Positions 16,054 through 25,206 are shown, numbered from the stretch's first letter. The stretch: 32,000 nt of DNA from Promethearchaeum syntrophicum (GCF_008000775.2 NZ_CP042905.2:1710001-1742000); one strand, 5' to 3'. A program made the numbers and translations. The notes: generated by a model from the letters alone, not told the origin.

Positions 16054-17619
16054 TTATGGGGTTACTCGACATTGAATAATACTTATTATCTGATTTTTTA
16101 TTTTTCTTTGACTAAAAGGATCTTCAAAGGACATTTTTAACCTTACTGTACATGTTCCCGCTTTATCTGTGGATTTAATGTTAATTTTTAACTTCATATC
16201 GCCTTCAAATTTAAGTACTCTCGGAGGATCTATTTTGTGAAATGCTATCTTAGTTAATGGTGTAAAATCAAGGTGGAATTCTACATTATTTAAAATTAAA
16301 TCCGTCATGTTTTTAATCGAAAAGTCGATTTCTTTCTCCGAATTTCTGGATAAATTAATAAACATACTACCCTCAACTCTTATCCCTTCTGAACTAAGCA
16401 GATATACTACCATATCTCCAAGAAATCCTTTATTTTTAGAAAACATTGGCATTGGAATGAATTCTCGTAATTTTTTATATCGAAGGTGCTCGAACGCGCT
16501 TTTTATTTCATAGAAATATGGAATATGACAATTAAAAGAAAATTCTTTTATTTTTGAATCCTTCTTGAGGATATATTGATTGCAAAGGTGAATTAAAAAC
16601 AAATAATGGTCATTATGCGGGATAATTCCAAATTTTCGACATAAACTGGATTCGGTGTATAAAAATTCCAGTAATTCATAAAATAACCACGATTTATGGA
16701 GAATGCCGCCGTACGGTTTAAAAAAATGACGATATTTAGTGATCCCGAAATTTATAAGCCAAAGCAACAATAAGTCAAACATGTTGCTTTGATTAATAAT
16801 AGTGGTGATTATAGCTAAAAAAGATCCAAAAATCTCTTTTTTCTCTGAATTGGTTTCAATATAGGGTAAAAAAACAGTTTCTATCCACTTTCTTGCTTCT
16901 TTATTAATCCTTTTTTTTGGAATAATAGCTTTTAAAATTTGCCTGTATTGCTTTGAATTTTTGTAGGTTAGAGCCCAAATTGTTGAAATCATCTGTAATG
17001 TTTCTTTATTTGCATCGGAATTTATTAAAATCGGAAAAAGTTCTCGAAGTAAAACAGTATCTTGTAAATCTGATAAATAATAATCGTAATCAAAATGTAA
17101 AATGTCTTTATCTTTCTCGATTCCAATTCTAATAGAGGCGGTAGAAAATTTTTTTTTAACCGAAATTGCAGGTAGGGATTTTATTTTAATTCCAAGTTTA
17201 TGTGAATATTTTTTTGCTAACCTCTCCCAACGTTCCCGAATTTTCTTGTTCTCACTTTCTAATCCAATAATTTTAATGATTTTGGGGAGTTTTAACAGGG
17301 TGGTGGCTTTCCCATGCATTTCTTTAAGTAATTTCTCGCTTTTCTCAAAGTTTGAACCTCCCGCGGACTTTCCATTTTTTAAAAAATAATAAAATTTCAA
17401 AGAATCGCCATAATCTAGGTAAATGACATAGGCGGCACCTGTGAGGCTTTTTATCATGAGATTCGGGAACATACTGCCTTTTTTAAAGACCACGCCCGGT
17501 TTGAGTTGGAGAACGCGAATTTCCAGTGGTTTTTTTTCGGTGAATTCCTTTTTAGCAAACGTTCGGAGTTGTTTTTTGATTTCAGCTTCTTGATTTCGAC
17601 CGATTTTTTTCTTTGTCAT
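16054..17619 (-). CDS. Hypothetical protein (521 aa), Lys-rich N-terminus
   Basis: Long ORF with an ATG start. No motif recognised. Confidence 0.75.
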   Translation of the reverse strand: MTKKKIGRNQEAEIKKQLRTFAKKEFTEKKPLEIRVLQLKPGVVFKKGSMFPNLMIKSLTGAAYVIYLDYGDSLKFYYFLKNGKSAGGSNFEKSEKLLKEMHGKATTLLKLPKIIKIIGLESENKKIRERWERLAKKYSHKLGIKIKSLPAISVKKKFSTASIRIGIEKDKDILHFDYDYYLSDLQDTVLLRELFPILINSDANKETLQMISTIWALTYKNSKQYRQILKAIIPKKRINKEARKWIETVFLPYIETNSEKKEIFGSFLAIITTIINQSNMFDLLLLWLINFGITKYRHFFKPYGGILHKSWLFYELLEFLYTESSLCRKFGIIPHNDHYLFLIHLCNQYILKKDSKIKEFSFNCHIPYFYEIKSAFEHLRYKKLREFIPMPMFSKNKGFLGDMVVYLLSSEGIRVEGSMFINLSRNSEKEIDFSIKNMTDLILNNVEFHLDFTPLTKIAFHKIDPPRVLKFEGDMKLKINIKSTDKAGTCTVRLKMSFEDPFSQRKIKNQIISIIQCRVTP

Positions 17620-17700
17620 TGTCTACTCTCAAATATATTGTTTCAGATTTTTATAGTTCAGTAGTGTGGAAAAAAATAAAAAAAAGATGAAGATGAGAAA

Positions 17701-18873
17701 TCATTTTCTGAAAAGTTGATTCCTAATTCTTTTTCTTAGTAAGATTGCCCCAATAGAAATAAAAAATATCATATTTACTAACGGAAATCCAGGGATTTTT
17801 ATTCCCTTTATCGAGTCATATTCGAGAATGGATCTTACTAGCGGATAATGATCTACTCCAAGATCACTTCCATCGATTTCATACGGAGTCCTCCAAAAAA
17901 CGCTGTTATTTCTTGCCTTAGGATATTTTTCTTGATAATCTCCCCAATAATTCCCGACCGATCCATTATCCCATTGATTGTTCAAACTTTCGTGTAATTC
18001 TTCCGCTTGCCCTTTTACATTTCCACATACATCATTAAAATAAACCAAGTTATTATTACAATCATTATCTATTTCTATTCCCAATCTATAGTTATATCTG
18101 AGATTATTCCCAAATATAGTGTTACTACAACAATCAGCATATAAATTGACTCCTACAGTGTTATTGGTTATAGAATTTTCCGAAATTGTGCAATTCTCAC
18201 AATGATTATTGAGATAGACGGCATCTCCATTAAAAGTTAAATTGTTTTCAGAAATAACACTGTTATCAGAATCAGTAATCGTTATTCCCCAATCGCAATG
18301 AGACACATTATTCTCTAAAATTAAACAATTATCACTTCCCGAATAACAAGTAATTCCGAAAGAGTAGCTATTATTCACAAAATTATGAGAAATTATGTTG
18401 TTAGGAGAATACCGTAAAAAAATCCCCCAATAATTATTTATCATTGTATTGTTAGTTATGGTTATATTCGAAGACCTTTGAAAGTAGATCCCATCATGTT
18501 CGCCAGAAGATCCTCCAGAAATCCTACAATTTCGAATGATAAGGTGGGCATCTGTATTCCTAATGTCGATCCCGTTAGTAGAGCTGGCAAAAATAGAACA
18601 ATTTTCAATAAAATATGGAGATGTAGAGGTGCCTTCTCCAGAAAATTCTTTATCGGCGATAAAGGAAGTCAACTCAGAATTCCCATCAATTGCGATCGGA
18701 GCTGAGTAAGTATATGTTGCGACCACGGGCATTTTAAGAATACTGTGGGAATCCTTATCGGGAGACAAATTATTTAGGGGTGTTATCCTCATAAAGTTGG
18801 ATTGGGCAAAAATTAAGCTGATTAAAGCAATTAACCCTAAAGTTTTTATAAAATTTTGATTTTTGTCATTCAT
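17701..18873 (-). CDS. Secreted right-handed beta-helix (PbH1/NosD-like repeat) protein with PGF-CTERM-type anchor
   Basis: N-terminal signal/TM segment TLGLIALISLIFAQS. The protein has repeated N-x-x-I-x-x-N / GI.L...S.NN.I..N turns and is Cys-rich. The C-terminus is IPGFPLVNMIFFISIGAILLRKRIR (17704-17793). Confidence 0.85.
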   Translation of the reverse strand: MNDKNQNFIKTLGLIALISLIFAQSNFMRITPLNNLSPDKDSHSILKMPVVATYTYSAPIAIDGNSELTSFIADKEFSGEGTSTSPYFIENCSIFASSTNGIDIRNTDAHLIIRNCRISGGSSGEHDGIYFQRSSNITITNNTMINNYWGIFLRYSPNNIISHNFVNNSYSFGITCYSGSDNCLILENNVSHCDWGITITDSDNSVISENNLTFNGDAVYLNNHCENCTISENSITNNTVGVNLYADCCSNTIFGNNLRYNYRLGIEIDNDCNNNLVYFNDVCGNVKGQAEELHESLNNQWDNGSVGNYWGDYQEKYPKARNNSVFWRTPYEIDGSDLGVDHYPLVRSILEYDSIKGIKIPGFPLVNMIFFISIGAILLRKRIRNQLFRK

Positions 18874-19349
18874 TTTTACTCACTTTTGTATTTTGGTTAA
18901 AAAAAAATTTGTTAAAGATCTATTAAAAGGTTTAGAAATCCTTTTCCAACAAGAATTTTAGATTATATAAAAAACAAATTTAGGACTAAAACAGAGGACA
19001 ATTTTTTGTGTTTTATAAGGAACCATCGCGTTTTACTTGTGAAATGCCTATTGATACAAAATCTAAAACCAACCCACCTATCATATAAGATTAGAAAAAG
19101 TATGTTCCCGATTTTTTCCAGTATCATATCTATTATTGCCTAATTCTAAGGGATCGGCAAAAGGAACTGAAATTCTTCTCCTATACATTTTTCAAAAATC
19201 TCAAAGAAAAAAATTCAATATCTGTTTAGAATAATTTTTCGATGGTTTGAAGGTAATTTGATCAAAAGCGTGGATTTTTATGATAAGAATAGTGTAACCT
19301 TTTTGAAAGAAAGAATATAATTAAGGCTATTTCCCTTGAGGCAAAAAAA

Positions 19350-19841
19350 ATGTACACACGAAATATTGTTTTTAGATATGCTTTATTTAATTTCGCAGAT
19401 GGGTTTAAATTTCACCCTGAAATGAAGGTATTTAACCAAAGTTACAAACAGACTTTGGGAGCTGATGTGTATAAAACGAAATTTCAAATCGAAAATAACG
19501 AAATCAAGGTTTTAATTTGGGATATAGAACCATTTGAGCGGTTTAAACATTTACGGTCAACTTATTATAAGGATGTTTCAGGAATATTGATCCTTTCATC
19601 ATTATCCCATCGTACTGATATTGATAAAATTAAAAATCTAATCCATGAAATTATTTGGGACCATGGAGTATTACCAATCTTAATTTTTAAAACAAAAAAT
19701 CCCGCTCTATCATCTGATGAATTGAATTACAAAGAATTAGAATTCGATTCAATATCCATTTTTAAAATTGAAGGGGATTCTCAAGAATTTATTGAAAAAC
19801 AAATAAAAAAGTCCGTTGAAAAATTACTCCAAGATCTGTAG
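19350..19841 (+). CDS. Rab-like pseudo-GTPase (intact ORF, catalytic motifs lost)
   Basis: TLGADVYKTKFQIENNEIKVLIWDIEPFERFKHLRSTYYKDVSGILIL is collinear with Rab TIGvDF...IWDTAGQERF...YYRga.G. There is no P-loop, G3 is DIEPFE instead of DTAGQE, and G4 is FKTKNP instead of NKxD. Confidence 0.7.
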   Translation: MYTRNIVFRYALFNFADGFKFHPEMKVFNQSYKQTLGADVYKTKFQIENNEIKVLIWDIEPFERFKHLRSTYYKDVSGILILSSLSHRTDIDKIKNLIHEIIWDHGVLPILIFKTKNPALSSDELNYKELEFDSISIFKIEGDSQEFIEKQIKKSVEKLLQDL

Positions 19842-19848
19842 ATTCCAA

Positions 19849-20424
19849 CTAATTTTCCCTCAGATTGAAAAATTTTTTGATTATTGGGGGGAGACGTTTG
19901 GAAAAATCATAAGTCTTAAAATTAAATTCGGTATTATAAATAATCTTCTTGTATTTATGTAAGGAGAGCATGTGGTCATTTAAATTCTTAGCATAAGGCT
20001 GTTTTTCGGTAATTTTATTTTCCTTTATTCTCCTGAGATCAGGCGTAATCCAAATTCGATAGACAAAAAATTTCTTCAGAATTTCGTTTAATCCCTTATT
20101 GATCCCTGAGGATTCCACAATACCAATCGGCATATTCTTTTCTTTGAGATTTTGATAAAATTGTGTAAAGGCATAATCCAAAGCGGATTGAAATTGGAGA
20201 TAGGAGGCAGGATTATTATGGAGATCTTGCGGAGTAAAATTGTTGGTCTGGTAAATGTCCTTAATATCGAAAATCGGGAGATTGGGAAAATATTTTTGGA
20301 TGAAGGTGGATTTCCCTGCGCCCACTAGCCCGATAACATGAATAATGGGGATCTCCGACTTTTTTCGGGGCGAGGTTGGGATTGGCGGATCCCACGTCTG
20401 AAGGTATTTGGAGTCCATTTGCAT
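19849..20424 (-). CDS. Small P-loop NTPase/kinase-like protein
   Basis: Walker A IHVIGLVGAGKSTFI. 191 aa. Same strand as the helicase and 127 nt downstream of it. The substrate is unknown. Confidence 0.7.
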   Translation of the reverse strand: MQMDSKYLQTWDPPIPTSPRKKSEIPIIHVIGLVGAGKSTFIQKYFPNLPIFDIKDIYQTNNFTPQDLHNNPASYLQFQSALDYAFTQFYQNLKEKNMPIGIVESSGINKGLNEILKKFFVYRIWITPDLRRIKENKITEKQPYAKNLNDHMLSLHKYKKIIYNTEFNFKTYDFSKRLPPIIKKFFNLREN

Positions 20425-20551
20425 AATTAGATAATGAAAAAAAGAGTATTTAATGCTTGAATCCCTTGTAATTTTTTAGATCGATTTGAATAAAAAAAAA
20501 ACTAAACAAAAAATCACTATACATTTTAAATTTCCTTGATATTCTGAAAAG

Positions 20552-23074
20552 TTAGGTATACTCCAAAAGCGATTTTTGAGACCCGCGAATACTTTCGCTT
20601 TTTCCACTCAACATTTTGCCCGATCGATCCAAGGAAATGCCTGTCTTTTTATGGATTTCAATCGGCGTTGAGTGAAACACCGATTCGGATGATTCATATC
20701 CATTATTAAATAGAATGCGAGCCTGATTTCGGGACACATTCAGATTTTCCATTAAATCCAATAATTCTTCTTTTATCCCGTTTTTAATCCGAACCGACAG
20801 GATACTCAGGATTTTAGCGAATGTGACCTTTTTTCCATTTCGGACTACCTTTTTTTGCATAAATCTGGTGATCGTTTCAAAAGTCGACGCCACCCGCGCC
20901 ATTTCATTCGTCAGCCCAAAGATATCTCCTGCCCCAAACTTGGGAAACACCTCTAAAATATGCTGAAACGTATGTTCGGAAATCCACAATTTAAGAATCT
21001 CTAATTGGGTATCTAAATTGTGTTTGGAGGATTTAAACGAATTAAAAAATAACAAATTTTCTAAAATGAATTCGTCGGTAGAAAACGCATACGATTCCAC
21101 AAGATGTTTAATATTGACCAGATGTTCAGGATAAACATAAAGACTCACGGCTAACGATCCGAAATCTGAAAGTAAATATCGGTCGGCATGGGGAACTTTC
21201 TTAATCAAGCCCTCCCGAAGGAGAAAATCGAACACATACTGATGATTACAGATTAAGGGGATAAGAGATTTGATAACTTTCTGGGCATTGTGTTTTTTCA
21301 TATCTTTTGGGTGATCCTCGGAAAACAGTGCGTTGATAAAAAAAGTGAGATGCGGGCAGAGTTTCTTGTAGAATTTATTATCGTTTTTAATGTCAAATTT
21401 ATATTTCTTTGCTGGATTACATGAGCAAAAAAACCCTTCGGCTAAGTTTATACGGCAATAATACTCCCCAGAATTGCGGAACACCGACCCTTCAATCCTA
21501 TTTGAGTGAACTTTGGAAATTTGGCACGTCACGGGAACCGTGTTTGGAAAGGCACTCCCATAACTCTGCAAAAAAAACCCTAGGTTCATTCGTTGGATAA
21601 AAAAATGTTGAAATAAATCCTCGTAGACAGAGCTTTTCTGTAGACAGAAGGCAAAAAAAGTCCGCTTAAGAAATTTTTCAATCTCAGCCATGGATATTTC
21701 GGGATTTTCAGCGACCAAAAGTAAAATAAATTCCTGAAGAGCATTAGTATCTCCCAATTTAGAAATAAGTTCTGAATATCTTGGTTGGAGAATCTCATTT
21801 TCGAATTTGAAATACTCCCCTAATACAAATTCATATTCCTCTTCGCTTCGAATTAATATGTAACCGATTCCTTCAGTATCCAATCCAAACCTTCCCGCTC
21901 TTCCCAGCATTTGAAAGAGGATATTTGCCGAATGAACTTTCATTATTCCTTTTTCGGTATACGATAAGCGCATTTCGGGATTTTTGTAGTTTTTTTCTGT
22001 GAGATTAATCATTTTTCTGTACTGGAGAATATCACTTACGATTACCACTCTTGCGGGGGTATTAATCCCAGCTGCCAAAGTGGTAGTCGCCACCAAGACT
22101 TTAATAACGCGTTGTCTGTACAGATCCTCGATTAAATGTCTATCTTCGCTACTTAACGCTGCATTATGATAGGCAATCCCGTATCCTATAATGTCAGACA
22201 GCCCTTTAGCTAAGGTTTTTCTTCGGAGGAGGTTTTTTCGCGCGGTCTCACATTTTCTTATTTCTGCGGGATCCAAATATTTATTCACGGTTTTTTTTAA
22301 TTCTTGACTAAAACTGACACAATCTTTCCGCCGATTAACAAACACCAGCACTTGCCCGTTTCCTTCTAACGTTTTAATAATGATCTCTCGAATTTTCGGG
22401 ATTTTCGATTCGTACAGTTCCAGTGTATAACTCAGCGGAACCGGTCGGGAATACGAATGAAGAAGAATAAATTTTTTTCCAAAAGTTTCTAACCATTCGT
22501 GGAACTGCTCATAATTTCCGATGGTGGCACTGAGTGCAATAAACTGCAAAAATTTAATTTTGGTGAGGAGTTTCATCACCACGTTTTCAAGTCTTGGACC
22601 ACGCTGCGAAGCCCCGATCTCATGAATTTCATCGACAATTGCTACCCTCACTCGGGCAAACAATGGATTATTTTGCCTTAGTAACGCATCACATTTTTCA
22701 AAGGTAGTAATCACAAGATCGGCCTCGGCGAGGTCTTGAATCTCCGCATCAGTATCGCCCGTCGTAACACTGACTTTCAAATTATAGGGGTGTAATGTGT
22801 TGGTAAAATATCCCGCTTTTTCATGGGCAAGAGCTTTATACGGGACCAGATAGATCGCCTTTCCGAGATTCTTGAGCAAAATGTTTAGGATGGCCATCAC
22901 TCCAATGAGAGTTTTTCCACTTCCTGAGGGAGTACACACCAAAAAATTCTGATGGAAAAATAATCCTTTCTTTACGGCTTCTATTTGAATGGGGTTAAGG
23001 GCTGTAATATTTTGTTTTTTTAATATTTGTATAATCATGGCATAATCTAAAACTGAATCTACAGAAGTATTCAC
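20552..23074 (-). CDS. Ski2/Hel308(HELQ)-like SF2 helicase with embedded SWIM-type zinc finger
   Basis: Motif Q/I LNPIQ..CTPSGSGKT, II VDEIHEI, III LSATIGN, V VATTTLAAGINTPA, VI QMLGRAGRFGLD. The C-terminal helix-hairpin-helix-like region is NVSRNQARILFNNGYES. CSC-x20-CPH lies at aa 550-575 (about 21350-21427). GTG start 23074 overlaps the upstream TGA (GTGA), and GGAGG lies 7 nt upstream (23082-23086, minus). Confidence 0.9.
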   Translation of the reverse strand: MNTSVDSVLDYAMIIQILKKQNITALNPIQIEAVKKGLFFHQNFLVCTPSGSGKTLIGVMAILNILLKNLGKAIYLVPYKALAHEKAGYFTNTLHPYNLKVSVTTGDTDAEIQDLAEADLVITTFEKCDALLRQNNPLFARVRVAIVDEIHEIGASQRGPRLENVVMKLLTKIKFLQFIALSATIGNYEQFHEWLETFGKKFILLHSYSRPVPLSYTLELYESKIPKIREIIIKTLEGNGQVLVFVNRRKDCVSFSQELKKTVNKYLDPAEIRKCETARKNLLRRKTLAKGLSDIIGYGIAYHNAALSSEDRHLIEDLYRQRVIKVLVATTTLAAGINTPARVVIVSDILQYRKMINLTEKNYKNPEMRLSYTEKGIMKVHSANILFQMLGRAGRFGLDTEGIGYILIRSEEEYEFVLGEYFKFENEILQPRYSELISKLGDTNALQEFILLLVAENPEISMAEIEKFLKRTFFAFCLQKSSVYEDLFQHFFIQRMNLGFFLQSYGSAFPNTVPVTCQISKVHSNRIEGSVFRNSGEYYCRINLAEGFFCSCNPAKKYKFDIKNDNKFYKKLCPHLTFFINALFSEDHPKDMKKHNAQKVIKSLIPLICNHQYVFDFLLREGLIKKVPHADRYLLSDFGSLAVSLYVYPEHLVNIKHLVESYAFSTDEFILENLLFFNSFKSSKHNLDTQLEILKLWISEHTFQHILEVFPKFGAGDIFGLTNEMARVASTFETITRFMQKKVVRNGKKVTFAKILSILSVRIKNGIKEELLDLMENLNVSRNQARILFNNGYESSESVFHSTPIEIHKKTGISLDRSGKMLSGKSESIRGSQKSLLEYT

Positions 23075-23868
23075 AAAGAATCCTCCAGTAAAATCGTTAC
23101 TTTTCCATCTTTCAAAAGATATCGATATGTTTGACGAATGTTTGTTTCGGATACTAAGTGATTTTGTTTTTCTTTGGTAAATGTAAATGAAAGCGTAAGA
23201 AAATTATCATATTGAAAAGATTTGTCCTTAACTCCTTTGGGTGTCTGGTGGAGATATATCCACATTCCCGCAATACTCATCATAAGATCGAAATAATAGG
23301 GAATATTGGTATTATAGCCAGGATGGTAGGTCACGTGATGAGATAAAATCACAAATAAGTGTTTATCAACCACCAAGTCGATCAAAGCAGGTACAATTTT
23401 TTCCGAGATATATTTTAGAGCTTTCATGTTGTCATAATAATCCATTCCATTTCCCAATTCTCTTTTCAGAATGTTTGAAATCGAATCGATTATTACGATA
23501 TCGTTTGATTCCAAAGGATACACATCTTGTTGTAATAGGTTTAATGTTGCGGTGATTTTGGTAAAATTTTGGGAATTATTGACAAATATCCTGTTCTGAT
23601 GGATACTCGAAAATTCATGCATATAATTCCGTATAGAAAATTTTTGCTCCGAATCAATAATAAAATACCTCCGGGAAGATTTCCTAATGTCGTATCGTAT
23701 GAATTCCTTGATGATGGTGGATTTTCCCGAGAGATTCGGACCTGCCAGATGAAGAAATCTATTTTTGGGCGAAAAATATCTGCCGATGAGGGAAAAAAAA
23801 TCACTTGTAATATCTTCCCTATGTTTTTTTGGAATTGTGTTTAGATTTGATGTAGGAGTAAACGACAT
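23071..23868 (-). CDS. RecA-fold ATPase, RadB/Rad51-paralogue-like
   Basis: Walker A LAGPNLSGKST (23716-23742), followed by YFIIDSEQKFS (compare the Rad51/RadA vvYIDTE..F strand). Walker B is DIVIIDSISNIL. It has no N-terminal HhH domain. Its stop overlaps the helicase start. Confidence 0.75.
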   Translation of the reverse strand: MSFTPTSNLNTIPKKHREDITSDFFSLIGRYFSPKNRFLHLAGPNLSGKSTIIKEFIRYDIRKSSRRYFIIDSEQKFSIRNYMHEFSSIHQNRIFVNNSQNFTKITATLNLLQQDVYPLESNDIVIIDSISNILKRELGNGMDYYDNMKALKYISEKIVPALIDLVVDKHLFVILSHHVTYHPGYNTNIPYYFDLMMSIAGMWIYLHQTPKGVKDKSFQYDNFLTLSFTFTKEKQNHLVSETNIRQTYRYLLKDGKVTILLEDSL

Positions 23869-23883
23869 TTTTTATCATATGAT

Positions 23884-24300
23884 TTATTCGATTTCTGAGG
23901 CGCGGTATAATAATGGGTGTTCCTCTTTTACTGGCGATGAAGATACAGTGGGGTGAAATTTTCTATGATGTATGATTTCTGGAACTATTACCTCTTCGTT
24001 TTTCGATTCTTTTAGAGGAATAGATAAAAATTCGATTGTGGTTTCTAACAAGGCAGTTTTTTCCAGATTATCCTGTAATATATCATTTGCAACTAGGTGG
24101 GATTCTTTTTTGAGATAATATTGGGTAAAATGTGCTATATTTTCCTCGATTTTCTGGAGAAATTCCACGTAATGCTGTTTGAATGTGTTTACATCTATCT
24201 TTTTGGCTTCGAGATCTTTGATATGCTGTTTCCAGAGATCGAGATCACCATAAATAATTTTCTGGATTTCTTTCCTTAATTTACCATTGACCGAGCTCAT
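23884..24300 (-). CDS. Small helical/coiled-coil hypothetical protein, first gene of the helicase operon
   Basis: 138 aa with a charged heptad-like sequence. It ends 15 nt upstream of the RecA-fold ATPase gene on the same strand. Confidence 0.6.
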   Translation of the reverse strand: MSSVNGKLRKEIQKIIYGDLDLWKQHIKDLEAKKIDVNTFKQHYVEFLQKIEENIAHFTQYYLKKESHLVANDILQDNLEKTALLETTIEFLSIPLKESKNEEVIVPEIIHHRKFHPTVSSSPVKEEHPLLYRASEIE

Positions 24301-24394
24301 AAGGAATTAGGTGGAGTAAGTATTTAATATCGAATTTTAAAATTTAAGAAACTGACCAAAAAAAAAAATAAAGAAAACCGATTCGATAATTAGG

Positions 24395-24404
24395 TTTTTA
24401 TAGA
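24395..24404 (+). promoter_or_regulatory. TATA box (tttttataga) for the candidate ncRNA
   Basis: Centred ~27 nt upstream of the first paired base (24426) of the structured element. Confidence 0.4.
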
Positions 24405-24425
24405 TGAACTTCAAATAATATATTT

Positions 24426-24564
24426 AGGCAATTTACGGGGATTAATTATTTTGTCTTTTTGGATGCTATCTCCTTTGGGGATGGCTTGATTTACTCCCTA
24501 ACATTCATCGTTAGAGGAGCTTTCTTTTACGCATCAGATTGGTGCGTTGTCCCCTAAATTGCCT
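24426..24564 (+). ncRNA. Candidate structured ncRNA, four-stem (closing helix + three hairpins), family unknown
   Basis: P1 pairs 24426-24441 with 24550-24564 (15 bp, one bulged C). HP1 is 24465-24485 (9 bp including 2 G-U). HP2 is 24494-24519 (9 bp, one bulge, 7-nt loop). HP3 is 24529-24547 (7 bp including 1 G-U). The G-U pairs exist only on the + strand. The element is G+C-enriched within an AT-rich spacer. Confidence 0.45.
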
Positions 24565-24699
24565 TCTATATTCAAAGCGGACATATTATTTCTCAAAATT
24601 AAGGGCAATTTTGGGATTTTAACCAATTATGCATTTTTGGCAGAATTAATCTCGCCAAAAAAGGATAATTTAATATAATTCAATTTTTCTGAGTATAAC

Positions 24700-25188
24700 A
24701 TGGATAATTCAAAAATTTACCTTGATGAGCTTATGTTGTTGAAAAATATTCTGGATAATAAACAAGGAATCTCAACCCCAAAATTATATTTGGGAAAGAT
24801 CCTAAGAAACAAAAATACCTTGTATAAAAAAATAGAGAAATTGCGAAATTACGGGTTGATTACCTCATTTCGAACCAAAGCCATTCCTCCCATTTCCAAA
24901 CATAAAATTACAGAAACAGGCATTGCCCTTCTTGAAAATTTTACCACGCAATTTTATCCTGAACAGCATGTATTAGAAAAAAAGAAACACAAAAATCCCC
25001 CAAAAACAATCGTCGAATATAAAGAATGTAGGAAACTGGAACCTGATGAATTAGCGGAGCTTTCCCAATCGGTGGTCTATTATTTAGCGGAGGCTCTGGA
25101 AAAAGAAATCGAAGATATATCCAAAAAAAAAGCACTCAAACTCACAAATATTGCCGAGAAAATCATAAAAAAAGTCAGAAATTATTAA
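24700..25188 (+). CDS. Winged-helix (MarR/ArsR-like) DNA-binding protein, putative regulator
   Basis: ISTPKLYLGKILRNKNTLYKKIEKLRNYGLITSF...ITETGIALLENF has an HTH + wing pattern. It has its own A/T box (24667-24680) ~27 nt upstream of the ATG. Confidence 0.6.
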   Translation: MDNSKIYLDELMLLKNILDNKQGISTPKLYLGKILRNKNTLYKKIEKLRNYGLITSFRTKAIPPISKHKITETGIALLENFTTQFYPEQHVLEKKKHKNPPKTIVEYKECRKLEPDELAELSQSVVYYLAEALEKEIEDISKKKALKLTNIAEKIIKKVRNY

Positions 25189-25206
25189 AAGAGCCAAAAA
25201 AAAAAA

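Noticed and set aside
24426-24564. Cloverleaf-like element as a tRNA, C/D-box or H/ACA sRNA
   Set aside because: 139 nt is too long for a tRNA. It has no GTTCRA T-loop or anticodon-arm geometry. I see no clean RUGAUGA/CUGA box pairs and no 3' ACA. It is kept only as an unclassified ncRNA candidate.
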